This document shows positions 11,823 through 20,621 of a stretch of DNA of 64,000 nucleotides, in pieces. Location of the stretch: positions 320,001-384,000 of the forward strand of contig JBIJDH010000002.1 of NCBI GenBank assembly GCA_044344255.1, written 5' to 3'. Under the pieces are notes generated by a model. It made no database searches. It was not told where the DNA came from and saw only the letters and a program-made list of their open reading frames with translations. Made by a program: the position numbers and the translations under genes. Positions within the stretch are counted from its first letter, which is position 1. The number at the start of each line of letters is the position of its first letter. The stretch is from Myxococcota bacterium (GTDB taxonomy: Bacteria; Myxococcota_A; UBA796; UBA2385).

Positions 11823-12022
11823 CGCCTCAAATCCTTGTCTTTTCGTACACGGGGTCGCCGGTGACCGCGCGCCGCTCCCGGGAGGCTCGGCCTCGCGCGC
11901 GGGCCGAAGAGGGCCCGGTGCGCGCGGACGGGCTACGCATGGGCGAAGCCTCGCTCTGCTACCTCGCCGGAGCCCGTATGTCTCTCCTCGGCCTGCCTCT
12001 CCTCCGCATGTCTCCGCCCTGC

Positions 12023-12589
12023 ATGTCTCTCCGCCGCCCCTCGGCGCAGCCCTCGGCCTCGACGCTCCCTCTGCTGGCGGGGGCGCTCCTGTCGCTGTCC
12101 GCCGCTTGCCAGAAGCCCGATCCGGGGCCGGCGCAGGCGCAGGCCTACGTCGCGGCGCTGAGCCCCATCCTGGTCGACAACGCGCGCCTCGCCCGCGAGA
12201 TGACCACGCTCGCGGGGGAGGTCAAGCAGAACCGCACGGACGCGCCGCAGATCGCAGGTCGCCTCGAGAAGGCCCTCGTGCCCGCCGCCAAGCAGGTGGC
12301 CGAGCACGCGGGCGCCCTCGATACCCCTCACCCGGCCCTCAAGGCGGCCCACGCCGAGCTTGTGGAGTCGTGGCAGGACCGGGCGGCCACCTACGAAGAC
12401 CTCGCCCAAGCTTGGAAGGATCAAGACCTCGACGGCATCGAGCGAGCGATGGACGAGATCGACGCTTGGCGCAGTCGGCAAGATCGCAGCATCGAGGCGC
12501 TTAACACCGCCGTCTCCGCATATGGGATGCCTGCGGTGGAGGCCTACCCGCCGATCGCCGCCGCGGCTCCCGCCGCAGCCGGGGGCTGA
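12023..12589 (+). CDS. Hypothetical helical lipoprotein
   Basis: Lipobox SAAC; amphipathic helical pattern; start uncertain. Confidence 0.75.
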   Translation: MSLRRPSAQPSASTLPLLAGALLSLSAACQKPDPGPAQAQAYVAALSPILVDNARLAREMTTLAGEVKQNRTDAPQIAGRLEKALVPAAKQVAEHAGALDTPHPALKAAHAELVESWQDRAATYEDLAQAWKDQDLDGIERAMDEIDAWRSRQDRSIEALNTAVSAYGMPAVEAYPPIAAAAPAAAGG

Positions 12590-12643
12590 TCCTGGGGTTG
12601 CCCCTCGGTCGGCTCGGGGCAGACGATCTTTGGGGCCCTCGCC

Positions 12644-12672
12644 TTGACGCACCGAGAGGGCCCGTATATATG
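12644..12672 (+). promoter_or_regulatory. Candidate sigma70 promoter for the tRNA locus
   Basis: TTGACG at 12644, TATATAT 15 nt later, then a GC-rich discriminator-like GGCCAGC. Confidence 0.5.
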
Positions 12673-12677
12673 GCCAG

Positions 12678-12722
12678 CGCTTCGGGAGACCGGGGCGCCG
12701 CTCTTCGAAAGCCGCTCTTCGA
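12678..12722 (+). promoter_or_regulatory. boxB-like hairpin plus boxA-like elements
   Basis: CGCTTCGG-GAGA-CCGGGGCG stem-loop followed by GCTCTTCGAAA and a second GCTCTTCGA. Confidence 0.5.
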
Positions 12723-12799
12723 GAGATTTTTCCCTGAGTGTCCGAGTATAGCTTAAGATGGGAGTTTCCCTCTTTAGCATACTTGAAGTTGGAATTTAT

Positions 12800-12875
12800 T
12801 GAGGCGTGGTGTAATTGGCAACACGTCGGGTTCTGGCCCCGAAGACTCTAGGTTCGATTCCTAGCGCCTCAACCA
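12800..12875 (+). tRNA. tRNA-Gln (anticodon CTG)
   Basis: Acceptor TGAGGCG/CGCCTCA, anticodon arm TCGGG-TTCTGGC-CCCGA, T-arm GGTTCGATTCC, encoded CCA. Confidence 0.97.
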
Positions 12876-12877
12876 CC

Positions 12878-12906
12878 TTGACAGAGTTTGTTGGATTAGC
12901 TATACG
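12878..12906 (+). promoter_or_regulatory. Candidate sigma70 promoter for tRNA-Glu
   Basis: TTGACA-17 nt-TATACG between the two tRNAs. Confidence 0.55.
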
Positions 12907-12936
12907 AGCTTCTCAAGTGTACTTGAAAATCTGAAT

Positions 12937-13012
12937 GGTCCTATCGTCTAGAGGCCAAGGACAGTGCCCTCTCACGGCACAGACACGGGTTCGAATCCCG
13001 TTAGGACTACCA
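12937..13012 (+). tRNA. tRNA-Glu (anticodon CTC)
   Basis: Acceptor GGTCCTA/TAGGACT, anticodon arm GTGCC-CTCTCAC-GGCAC, GGTTCGAATCC, encoded CCA. Confidence 0.97.
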
Positions 13013-13016
13013 TTTA

Positions 13017-13050
13017 CCCCCGCGCGGACATTGTCCCCGCGGGGGTTTTC
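13017..13050 (+). terminator. Intrinsic terminator after the tRNAs
   Basis: CCCCCGCG-C-GGAC-ATT-GTCC-C-CGCGGGGG followed by TTTT. Confidence 0.75.
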
Positions 13051-13135
13051 CGTTGTGCGCGTCTTTCGTGTGCGCAGTGTGTGGTCGCACGTGACCTCAA
13101 TACGGACGGCCTGCGCGCCGGGATGGCGGAGACCC

Positions 13136-16100
13136 TCAGCGGTCGAGCAGGCCCTCTAGGCCGCCGGCCGCTGAGTACCATTCGAGGAGGGCCAGGTTGT
13201 AGATGGCGAGGCTGTCCACCTTGAACTGCTCGGCGAGGGCGAGGCTGGTCTGGGCGTTGATGACGGCGAGGTTGTCACCGGCCCCGTCTCGGTAGCGGCC
13301 CTCAGCGCGGCTGAGCTCCTCCCGGGAGAGGGCCAGGGCGGCCTCGGCGATCGGCAGCGCGGCGGCGGCGTCGTGGGCGCGGCGCAGGCTCAGGCGCAGC
13401 GCCGCGTCGAGGGCCTGTCGGGCGTCCCGCTCGCGAAGGTGGGCGATGGAGACCTGAGCGCCGGCGGCGCCCCGCGCGGCGGAGCGGGCGCCCCCCACCC
13501 AGAGGGGGAGGCTCGCGCCGAGGCCGACCTCCTCGACAGGGAAGGCGCCGCCGCCCGAGAGATCGGCGGCGATCCCGGCCGATCCCCAGGCGGAGAGGCT
13601 GGGCAGGAGCGCGCGATCGGCGGCCTTCGCCCCCGCCTCTGCCGCGCGCGCGGTGGCGGCGGCGCCCGCGATCAGGGGGTGGCTCGCGCTCACGGGGCCG
13701 AGGAGCTCGGCGACGGTGTCCTCGGCGGGGAGGCTGTCGGGATCGGCGAAGGCGGCGGGGGCGACCGCGGAGAGCGCGCCGCCGGGCGGGAGGCCAAGGA
13801 GGCGAGAGAGGCGGAGGGAGGCCTCGGAGCGGGCCGTGCGGGCCGCGAGCAGCCGCTGCTCCTCGACGCGCAGGGCGAGCTCGGCGCGGGTGGCGTCGAG
13901 CGCGGGCGCGAGGCCGAGCTCGGCGCGGTGGCGGGCCAGGGTGAGCAGGGCCTCGGCGCGGCCGCGGCGGGTCTCTGCGGCGCGGGCGCTCTCCTCGGTC
14001 TGCTGCAGGGAGATAAACGCGGCCCCGGCGGCCACCCGTACCCGGCGCTGATCGAGGGAGACCTTGGCCTCTTCGAGGTCGAGCCGGGCCGCCGCCGCCT
14101 CCAGGCCGGCGAGGCCGCCCGGGGCGAGGAGCGGGACCTCGGCGCGCAGGCCGAGGCTGCTCCGCCCGGTCGGCGCGGAGAGGGTGCCCCAGAGCAGGCC
14201 GCCCGTCGCGCTCAGGCTCGGCAGGAGCTCGGCCCGCGCGGCGGTGACGGCGGCCTCGGAGGGGACGAGGGCGAGCGCGCCGGCCTGCAGGTCGACGTTG
14301 CCCGCGTCGGCCGCGCTCAACACCTCCCCGAGGGTGAGGGGCGCCGCCTCGGCCGCGGCGGGGGCGAGGAGCGGGAGACTCAGGCCGAGCAGCCCGACGA
14401 GGACCGCCGGCGCGCGGGGGCGTCGGCGGGAGAGCGCCGCGTAGACGACCGGCGTGATGTAGAGGGTCATCACCGTCGCGCTCACCATGCCTCCCACCAC
14501 CGCCACGCCCAGCGAGGCGCGGCTCGTGCCCGAGAGGCCGAGGGCGATGGGGATGGCCCCGCCGATGGTGGCGACCGAGGTCATCAGGATCGGCCGAAAG
14601 CGGAGCCGGGCGGCCTCGCGCGCGGCGGTCCAGGGGTCCTGGCCATGCTCGGCCTCGAGCTGGCGTGCGTACTCGACGATCAGGATGCCGTTCTTCGTGA
14701 CGAGCCCCACGAGGAGGATGAGGCCCACTTGTCCGAAGAAGGACAGGGTCATCCCGAAGACAGTGAGCCCCAAGAAGGCGCCCGCCAGCGCCAAAGGCAC
14801 GGCCAGCATGATTGAGATCGGCGCCGCGAAGGAGTCGAACTGCGCGGCCAGCAGCAGGTAGACCAGGGCGAGGGCGAGCAAGAACATCTGGGCGAGCGAG
14901 CTCGCGCTCTCGGCGAAGTCGCGCGACTCGCCGGCCAAAGCCGTGCGGAAGCCGGGGGGCAGCTCCGCCTCGGCCATCGCCTGCACCCGCGCGATCGCCT
15001 CACCGAGCGGGATCCCGTCCGGGTTCGCGCTGACCGTGGCCGAGGGCACACGATTGTAGTGGTAACGAGAGGCCGGCCCGGCGCGGGTCTCCCGCTCGAT
15101 CAGGTTGCTCATCGCGTACAGACGGCCATCTCGCCCGCGGAGGTGGATGCGATCGAGATCCGCGGGGCTGGACCGCAGCTCGAGCGGCAGGCCCACGATG
15201 ACCTTGTGTTGCCGTACGCCGCGCTTGAAGGTGGACAGATCGAGGCCGCTGGTCAGGATCTGGAGGGTGCGGGCCACCTCCCGGATGGGCAGGCCGAGGC
15301 GCGCCGCCGCCTCGCGGTCGATCCGGAGGTTGAGCTCCGGTCGATCGAGCTTGAGATCTTCGTTGACCGCAGACAAGCCGGGGATCGCGCGCATGGCGGC
15401 CACGAAGCGGGGGAGCTCGGCCGTGAGGGCGTCGAAGTCTGGGTGCTGGAGCACGAATTGGAGGGGCGACGAGAAGCCACGGCCCACCGTTGGAAATTGG
15501 ATGGGGATGGTGCGGAAGGCGGTGATGGTGGAGAGCGGGCCCTTCAGCGCGGCCACGATCTCCTGCTGGCTCCGGCCCCGCTCGTCACGCGGGAGGAGGG
15601 GGAACATGATCATCCCCGTGTTCGTGCCCGCCGAGACCCCTCCCGGGCCGGTGGCCACGCGGGAGAGCATCATGCGGCGCTCCGGCACCAGCGGCATCAA
15701 GCTCTGCTCGACCTCACGCATCCGGGCGTCCATCCAGGGGAAGCTCGTCCCCTCCTGGGCGACGGTCCGGATGATGAACATGTTGCGGTCCTCCGTGGGG
15801 AAGAACTCGCGCGGGGTCCACCGAAAGCCGGCGTAGACACCGGCCATCACCACCATCAACACCGGTACGACGAGCCAGGGCCTCCGCATCAGGGCGCCCA
15901 GGGAGCGATCGAAGGCGCGGGCCAGCCGATCGGGCTCGGCGTGGGCTGCGTGCTGCGGGCGCGCGACGAGCAGGCGCGAGCAGAGCAGGGGGGTCAACGT
16001 GAGCGCGACGATCATGCTGATCGCCACGCTGGCGGCGACCGTGGCGCCGAATTCGAGGAAGAGCCGCCCGGTGGTCCCGCCGGTGAAGATGACGGGGAGG

Positions 16101-17524
16101 AACACGAGGACCAAGGAGAGGGTGGTCGCGATGACCGCCATCGCGATCTGGCGGGTGCCGAGCAGGGCGGCGATCCGCACGGGCTCGCCGGTCTCGACGC
16201 GCCGCACCACGTTCTCGAGCACGACGATGGCGTCGTCGACCACGAGGCCGATCGCCAGCACGAGGCCGAAGAGCGTGAAGACATTGACGGTGAAGCCGAT
16301 CGCCCACATCACGAAGAAGGTTCCGACGATCGAGACGGGGATGGCCACCGCCGGCACCAGCGTGGACCGCAGGTCGCGCAGGAAGGCGAAGATCACCACC
16401 ACGACGAGCAAGAAGGCGACGACAAGCGTGAGCTCGACGTCGTGGATCGAGGTGCGAACGGCGTCGGCGCGATCGTAGACGTTGTCGAGCGTGACCCCGG
16501 CCGGGAGGTCCTCCTGAATGCCGGGCAGGCGCCGTTTCACCTCGTCGGAGACGGCGACGATGTTGGCCTTCGCCTGGGGTGTGATGGCCAGCGAGATCGA
16601 CGGGAGGGCGTCGGCGCGGGCCGCCGATCGCTCGTTCTCGGCGCCGATCCGGATGTTGGCGACGTCTCGCAGGTAGACTCGCGTCTCTCCGGCCCCGGCT
16701 CCTCCACCTCCACCTTCGCCGCCTCCGGCCCGCAGGACGAGGCCGCCGAAGGCCTCCGGGGTGGAGAGGCCACCCTCGACATGGAGGGTGAGCTGGGTGG
16801 CCGCCCCCTCGATGCGCCCGGCGGGGAGGTCGATGTTGCCCTGGCGGAGCGCCGCCTCGACGTCTCCCACCGTCACCTTGCGCGCCGCGAGGCGGACGGG
16901 GTCGAGCTCGACGCGCATCGCGTAGACCTGGGCGCCGAAGAGGTCGACCCCGCTCACCCCCTCCACGTTCTCGAGGCGGTCGCGGACGACGGTGTCGGCG
17001 ATCTCGGTGATGTCGAGCAGGCTCTGACCCTCTCCCGCGAGGCGGAGGAACATCACGGGCTGCGCGCTGGCGTCGGCCTTCTCGACGGTGGGCTCGTCGA
17101 TGTCGTCCGGCAGCTTCTTCCGGACCCGGCTCACCCGGCTCCGCACGTCGTTGGCGGCGGCCTCGAGGTCGCGGTCGAGGTTGAATTCGACCGTGATGGT
17201 CGAGCTGCCCTCCTGGCTCGAGCTCGTGAGCGTGCGGACCCCCTCGATGCCGTTGAGCTCTCGCTCCAGCACCTCGGTGAGGTCGGACTCGACGATGGCC
17301 GGATCGGCCCCGGGCCAGGCGGTGGAGACCGTCACCACGGGGTTCTGGACGTCGGGCGTCTCCCGCACGGCGAGCTCGGAGAAGCCCATGGCGCCGAGGA
17401 GCAGGATGAGCAGCGACAAGACGAGGGCGAGGACGGGCCGCTCGATGAAGAGGTCGGTGGGGTACACGCGGCCCGGAGCGTCGGCCGACGGCGGGGCTCC
17501 GCCCGGCAGGGGAGCCTCGCTCAT
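13136..17524 (-). CDS. RND efflux permease (AcrB-like) fused to a TolC-family outer membrane factor
   Basis: FIERPVLA, GLVVDDAIVVLEN, GLVTKNGILIVE, RFRPILMTS over about 1030 aa, then about 400 aa of OEP-type helical repeats (LTLGEVL..., ELLPSLS, RYRDGAG). Confidence 0.92.
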   Translation of the reverse strand: MSEAPLPGGAPPSADAPGRVYPTDLFIERPVLALVLSLLILLLGAMGFSELAVRETPDVQNPVVTVSTAWPGADPAIVESDLTEVLERELNGIEGVRTLTSSSQEGSSTITVEFNLDRDLEAAANDVRSRVSRVRKKLPDDIDEPTVEKADASAQPVMFLRLAGEGQSLLDITEIADTVVRDRLENVEGVSGVDLFGAQVYAMRVELDPVRLAARKVTVGDVEAALRQGNIDLPAGRIEGAATQLTLHVEGGLSTPEAFGGLVLRAGGGEGGGGGAGAGETRVYLRDVANIRIGAENERSAARADALPSISLAITPQAKANIVAVSDEVKRRLPGIQEDLPAGVTLDNVYDRADAVRTSIHDVELTLVVAFLLVVVVIFAFLRDLRSTLVPAVAIPVSIVGTFFVMWAIGFTVNVFTLFGLVLAIGLVVDDAIVVLENVVRRVETGEPVRIAALLGTRQIAMAVIATTLSLVLVFLPVIFTGGTTGRLFLEFGATVAASVAISMIVALTLTPLLCSRLLVARPQHAAHAEPDRLARAFDRSLGALMRRPWLVVPVLMVVMAGVYAGFRWTPREFFPTEDRNMFIIRTVAQEGTSFPWMDARMREVEQSLMPLVPERRMMLSRVATGPGGVSAGTNTGMIMFPLLPRDERGRSQQEIVAALKGPLSTITAFRTIPIQFPTVGRGFSSPLQFVLQHPDFDALTAELPRFVAAMRAIPGLSAVNEDLKLDRPELNLRIDREAAARLGLPIREVARTLQILTSGLDLSTFKRGVRQHKVIVGLPLELRSSPADLDRIHLRGRDGRLYAMSNLIERETRAGPASRYHYNRVPSATVSANPDGIPLGEAIARVQAMAEAELPPGFRTALAGESRDFAESASSLAQMFLLALALVYLLLAAQFDSFAAPISIMLAVPLALAGAFLGLTVFGMTLSFFGQVGLILLVGLVTKNGILIVEYARQLEAEHGQDPWTAAREAARLRFRPILMTSVATIGGAIPIALGLSGTSRASLGVAVVGGMVSATVMTLYITPVVYAALSRRRPRAPAVLVGLLGLSLPLLAPAAAEAAPLTLGEVLSAADAGNVDLQAGALALVPSEAAVTAARAELLPSLSATGGLLWGTLSAPTGRSSLGLRAEVPLLAPGGLAGLEAAAARLDLEEAKVSLDQRRVRVAAGAAFISLQQTEESARAAETRRGRAEALLTLARHRAELGLAPALDATRAELALRVEEQRLLAARTARSEASLRLSRLLGLPPGGALSAVAPAAFADPDSLPAEDTVAELLGPVSASHPLIAGAAATARAAEAGAKAADRALLPSLSAWGSAGIAADLSGGGAFPVEEVGLGASLPLWVGGARSAARGAAGAQVSIAHLRERDARQALDAALRLSLRRAHDAAAALPIAEAALALSREELSRAEGRYRDGAGDNLAVINAQTSLALAEQFKVDSLAIYNLALLEWYSAAGGLEGLLDR

Positions 17525-18675
17525 GGGCTGGCCTGCGGAGGGGTGCCGGCCGCCGGGGCTTCGGCGCCGGCCGCTGGGGCCTCGGCGGGGGCGGCGACGA
17601 CGGCCTTCACCCCCGGCTTCATGCGGGCGAGCCCCTCGATGATCACCTGCTCTCCTGCCTCCAGCCCCGCGCGCACCTGCACCGACGCGCGGCTCCGCTG
17701 GCCGGCCTCGATGGGGCGGAGCGCGACGGCCCCGTCGACACCCAGCACCCAGACCGAGGCGCGGGCCCCGGACATCACGACCGCCTCGGTGGGCACGAGC
17801 AGGCCGGCGGGCTGTTCGGCGGTCACGACCCGGACGCTCGCGCTCATGCCGGGGCGGAGGCGGGGGTCTGCGGCCTCGAGGCGCAGGCGGAGGTCCACCG
17901 TGCGGCTGTCCTCGCGCACCCGCGGGGAGAGGAAGGTGACGGCGCCGAGGAAGGTCTCCCCGTTCGCCGCATCGACGGTGATCTTCGCCTTCTGGCCGAC
18001 GGCGAGGCGGGACAGCGCCGCCTCGGGGAGACTGAGGTCGACCGCGAGGGCCTCCAGGCTCTCGATACGCCCGAGCACGCGGCTCGGATCGACGAGCTGG
18101 CCGGGCGTGACCTCTCGACGCCCCATGATGCCGCTGAAGGGGGCCACGATGGTGGTGCGGCGCAGATCCTCGGTGGCCTTGATCACCATCGCGCGGGCGA
18201 GCCCGTCCTCGGCGGCCGCGCGATCGAGCTCGGCTTGGGAGACGTCCGCCCGGTCGAGCAGGGCGCGCGTGCGGTCCAGGTTCAGGCGGGCGAGGGTGGC
18301 CCGGGAGTGGGCGTCGAGGAGGGCCGCTTGGGCGTTGGCGTCTTGGAGGCGGACGAGCAGCGCGCCCTTGCGGACCGTCTCGCCGTCCTCAAAGTGGACA
18401 GATCGGACGAGGCCGGTCTGCTCCGGGCGGAGCTCCACCGAGTCCGGCGCCACGAGGACGCCGAGCGCGACCTCCTCCTCCTCGAAGGGAGCCGCCTCGA
18501 CGGTGAGCACGCGGACCGGCACGGGGGGCGCCGCGACGGGGGCGGCGACCGGCGCCGACCCACAGCCCGCGCCGCTGCCGCCGAGCACAAGGGAGCCGAG
18601 GCCGAGGGCGGCGCCGAGGCGGAGCCCCCGAGCGGCGCGGCGCAGGCGGGCCAGCTTCCAAGGGACTGCGCGCAC
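17521..18675 (-). CDS. RND periplasmic adaptor (membrane fusion protein)
   Basis: FEDGETVRKGALLVRL, IVAPFSG, LRPGMSA, LLVPTEAV, GLEAGEQV; stop overlaps the RND start. Confidence 0.93.
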   Translation of the reverse strand: MRAVPWKLARLRRAARGLRLGAALGLGSLVLGGSGAGCGSAPVAAPVAAPPVPVRVLTVEAAPFEEEEVALGVLVAPDSVELRPEQTGLVRSVHFEDGETVRKGALLVRLQDANAQAALLDAHSRATLARLNLDRTRALLDRADVSQAELDRAAAEDGLARAMVIKATEDLRRTTIVAPFSGIMGRREVTPGQLVDPSRVLGRIESLEALAVDLSLPEAALSRLAVGQKAKITVDAANGETFLGAVTFLSPRVREDSRTVDLRLRLEAADPRLRPGMSASVRVVTAEQPAGLLVPTEAVVMSGARASVWVLGVDGAVALRPIEAGQRSRASVQVRAGLEAGEQVIIEGLARMKPGVKAVVAAPAEAPAAGAEAPAAGTPPQASP

Positions 18676-18747
18676 AGCGGCCTCCGTTCGGGGGGGCCTC
18701 CCGTATCGCTGTCACCCCGGCGAGCAAGGGAGCGCGAGCCGTTGTGC

Positions 18748-19302
18748 TCAGATCGCGCGAAACACGAGCGAGGCCGAGTTGATGCAGTGGCGACGCCCGG
18801 TGGGGGGCGGTCCGTCGTCAAAGACGTGCCCGAGGTGGCCGTCGCAGCGCGCACACTCCAGGGCCGTGCGCACCATCCCGTAGGCGGAGTCGCGCTTCTC
18901 GGTGACGTGGGCCGCCTTCGCCGGCCGGGTGTAGCTCGGCCAGCCGGTGCCGGAGTCGAATTTGTCCTCGCTCTTGTAGAGCGCCAATCCGCACCCCGCA
19001 CAGACATAGACGCCCTTCTCGTGATGATCCCAGTAGCGTCCGGAGAAGGCCCGCTCGGTGCCCTCTTCACGGAGGACGTTGAAGGGCAGGGGCTGGAGCA
19101 GGGCCTTCCACTCGGCGGGCGACTTCGTGAGCTTCTCGATGCGCTCGGGGTCTGCGGGGAGACCCGGGATCGCAGGCGCCGCGGGGGCCGACGCGTCGGA
19201 CGCCGACGCGGAGGGCCGGAGGCAGGCCACGAGGGCGAGCGCGCTGCCGATGAAGAGACGACGGTTGAGGTGGTTCCGGTTGGTTTCGGTTCGCTCGGTC
19301 AT
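18748..19302 (-). CDS. msrB: Methionine-R-sulfoxide reductase with Tat signal
   Basis: NRRLFIG Tat motif; GTERAF, CAGC, KFDSGTGWPS, CARC.GHLGHVF.DGP, RHCINS. Confidence 0.95.
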   Translation of the reverse strand: MTERTETNRNHLNRRLFIGSALALVACLRPSASASDASAPAAPAIPGLPADPERIEKLTKSPAEWKALLQPLPFNVLREEGTERAFSGRYWDHHEKGVYVCAGCGLALYKSEDKFDSGTGWPSYTRPAKAAHVTEKRDSAYGMVRTALECARCDGHLGHVFDDGPPPTGRRHCINSASLVFRAI

Positions 19303-19374
19303 CGGGGGCTCCAGGGTTCCTGAGCTGTACGTCGCCGCCCTTGAAACGGTCACCGCGCCGGACGCGCGGCACGA

Positions 19375-20601
19375 TCAGGGGCGGAGCTCGCCCGTCGCGA
19401 TCCCGCCGAACTGGGTGATGCCCTCGAGGGTGCTGCCGTCGAGGGGGGACTCTGTGGCCGTGTAGTCCCACCGATAGAAGTAGATCGCCAACAGCGCCCC
19501 GACCGGGAGGCCGGAGAAGGCCGACGAGGGCACGGTGGCGGCGCCGGTGTCGTCGGCCGCGCAGATGATCTCGGCGAGCTGGGAGCCGCCGTCGGCGCTG
19601 TAGACGACGATGTCGATCACCACGGAGTCCGAGACACCGGTCGGCGTCCAGCCGAAGCTGGCGGCGGAGGCCTTGAAGGCGGGGAAGGCGCTCGAACCGT
19701 CGCCCCAGATCGCCGTCGGGCTGAGCGAGTCGAAGCCCGAGGTCGAGATCAGGGCGTCCTCGGCGGTGAAGGCCTCGAGGTCGCCGCCGGCGGGCACCAC
19801 GAGATCGTAGGCGGCCGAGCGGACATAGTCCGAGGAGCTGAGGGCATCGGAGAGGTAGGTGGCGCTGCTGCCCGAGCCCGAGCGGGCGAGGTCAATCGAG
19901 CGGGAGCCCGACTCCAAGTAGAGGTGGCCGCCCGCGTCGAGGTAGCTCTCGGTCGGCCCGCCGCGCTCTGGATCGAGGGCACAGCCGCCGTTGGGGGGCA
20001 TCCAGTCGGCCCACGAGCCGTCCACCGGCTCATGGAGGGCCGCCGAGGCCGAGATGAGGAGGTTGGAGGTCAGGCCGAAGCAGGAGGGGCAGCCGACCAC
20101 GAGGTAGTCGAGCTGGATGAGCCCGCTCGTCCGCCCCGCTTCGGAGCCGCCGTCGGTGCCACCGTCCCCTCCACCGTCTCCGCCGTCGTCTCCGCCGCTG
20201 TCCCCGCCTCCGCCGGAGTCCCCCGGCGGAGGCTCGTCGCTGAAGGTGAAGGCGTCCTCCACGGTGAGCTCGCCGAGGTCGCTCGAGACGACCACGTCGA
20301 CGGTGGTCTCGGTGAAGACCTCGGGGGAGGTGACGATGAGCGTCTCGTCGTCGAGGTGGGTGAGCTCGACCTCGGAGCCGCCGAACCAGAAGCGGACATC
20401 GCCCTCGAAGCCCTGGCCGGTGACGGTCACCGTGGTGCCGCCGGAGAGCGGCGCCCAGGCAGGCTCAAGGCCGTCGATCTGCAGGCCCGCTGGCTCCTCG
20501 CCGAAGCCTCCGCCCCCACCGGCGCCCTTGTAGACGTCGAGCCCGACGGTGCCGCAGCCGAAGGGGACGCCGAGCAGGAGCAGGAGGGGGGCGAGCGACA
20601 T
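19375..20601 (-). CDS. IPT/TIG-domain lipoprotein
   Basis: Lipobox PFGC; P...PLSGGTTVTVTGQGF IPT pattern; Gly/Asp-rich linker. Confidence 0.8.
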   Translation of the reverse strand: MSLAPLLLLLGVPFGCGTVGLDVYKGAGGGGGFGEEPAGLQIDGLEPAWAPLSGGTTVTVTGQGFEGDVRFWFGGSEVELTHLDDETLIVTSPEVFTETTVDVVVSSDLGELTVEDAFTFSDEPPPGDSGGGGDSGGDDGGDGGGDGGTDGGSEAGRTSGLIQLDYLVVGCPSCFGLTSNLLISASAALHEPVDGSWADWMPPNGGCALDPERGGPTESYLDAGGHLYLESGSRSIDLARSGSGSSATYLSDALSSSDYVRSAAYDLVVPAGGDLEAFTAEDALISTSGFDSLSPTAIWGDGSSAFPAFKASAASFGWTPTGVSDSVVIDIVVYSADGGSQLAEIICAADDTGAATVPSSAFSGLPVGALLAIYFYRWDYTATESPLDGSTLEGITQFGGIATGELRP

Positions 20602-20621
20602 GTCCGACCCCCCGACCGCGC

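Noticed and set aside
15059..18883. 1274-aa plus-strand ORF and many similar long antisense ORFs (e.g. 4357-6195, 24186-26027, 57250-59163, 62853-63995)
   Set aside because: Shadow ORFs opposite well-supported genes; expected in very high-GC DNA; no recognisable motifs.
12937..19353. Genomic island integrated at tRNA-Glu
   Set aside because: No integrase, no duplicated tRNA 3' end noticed, and GC is similar to the flanks.
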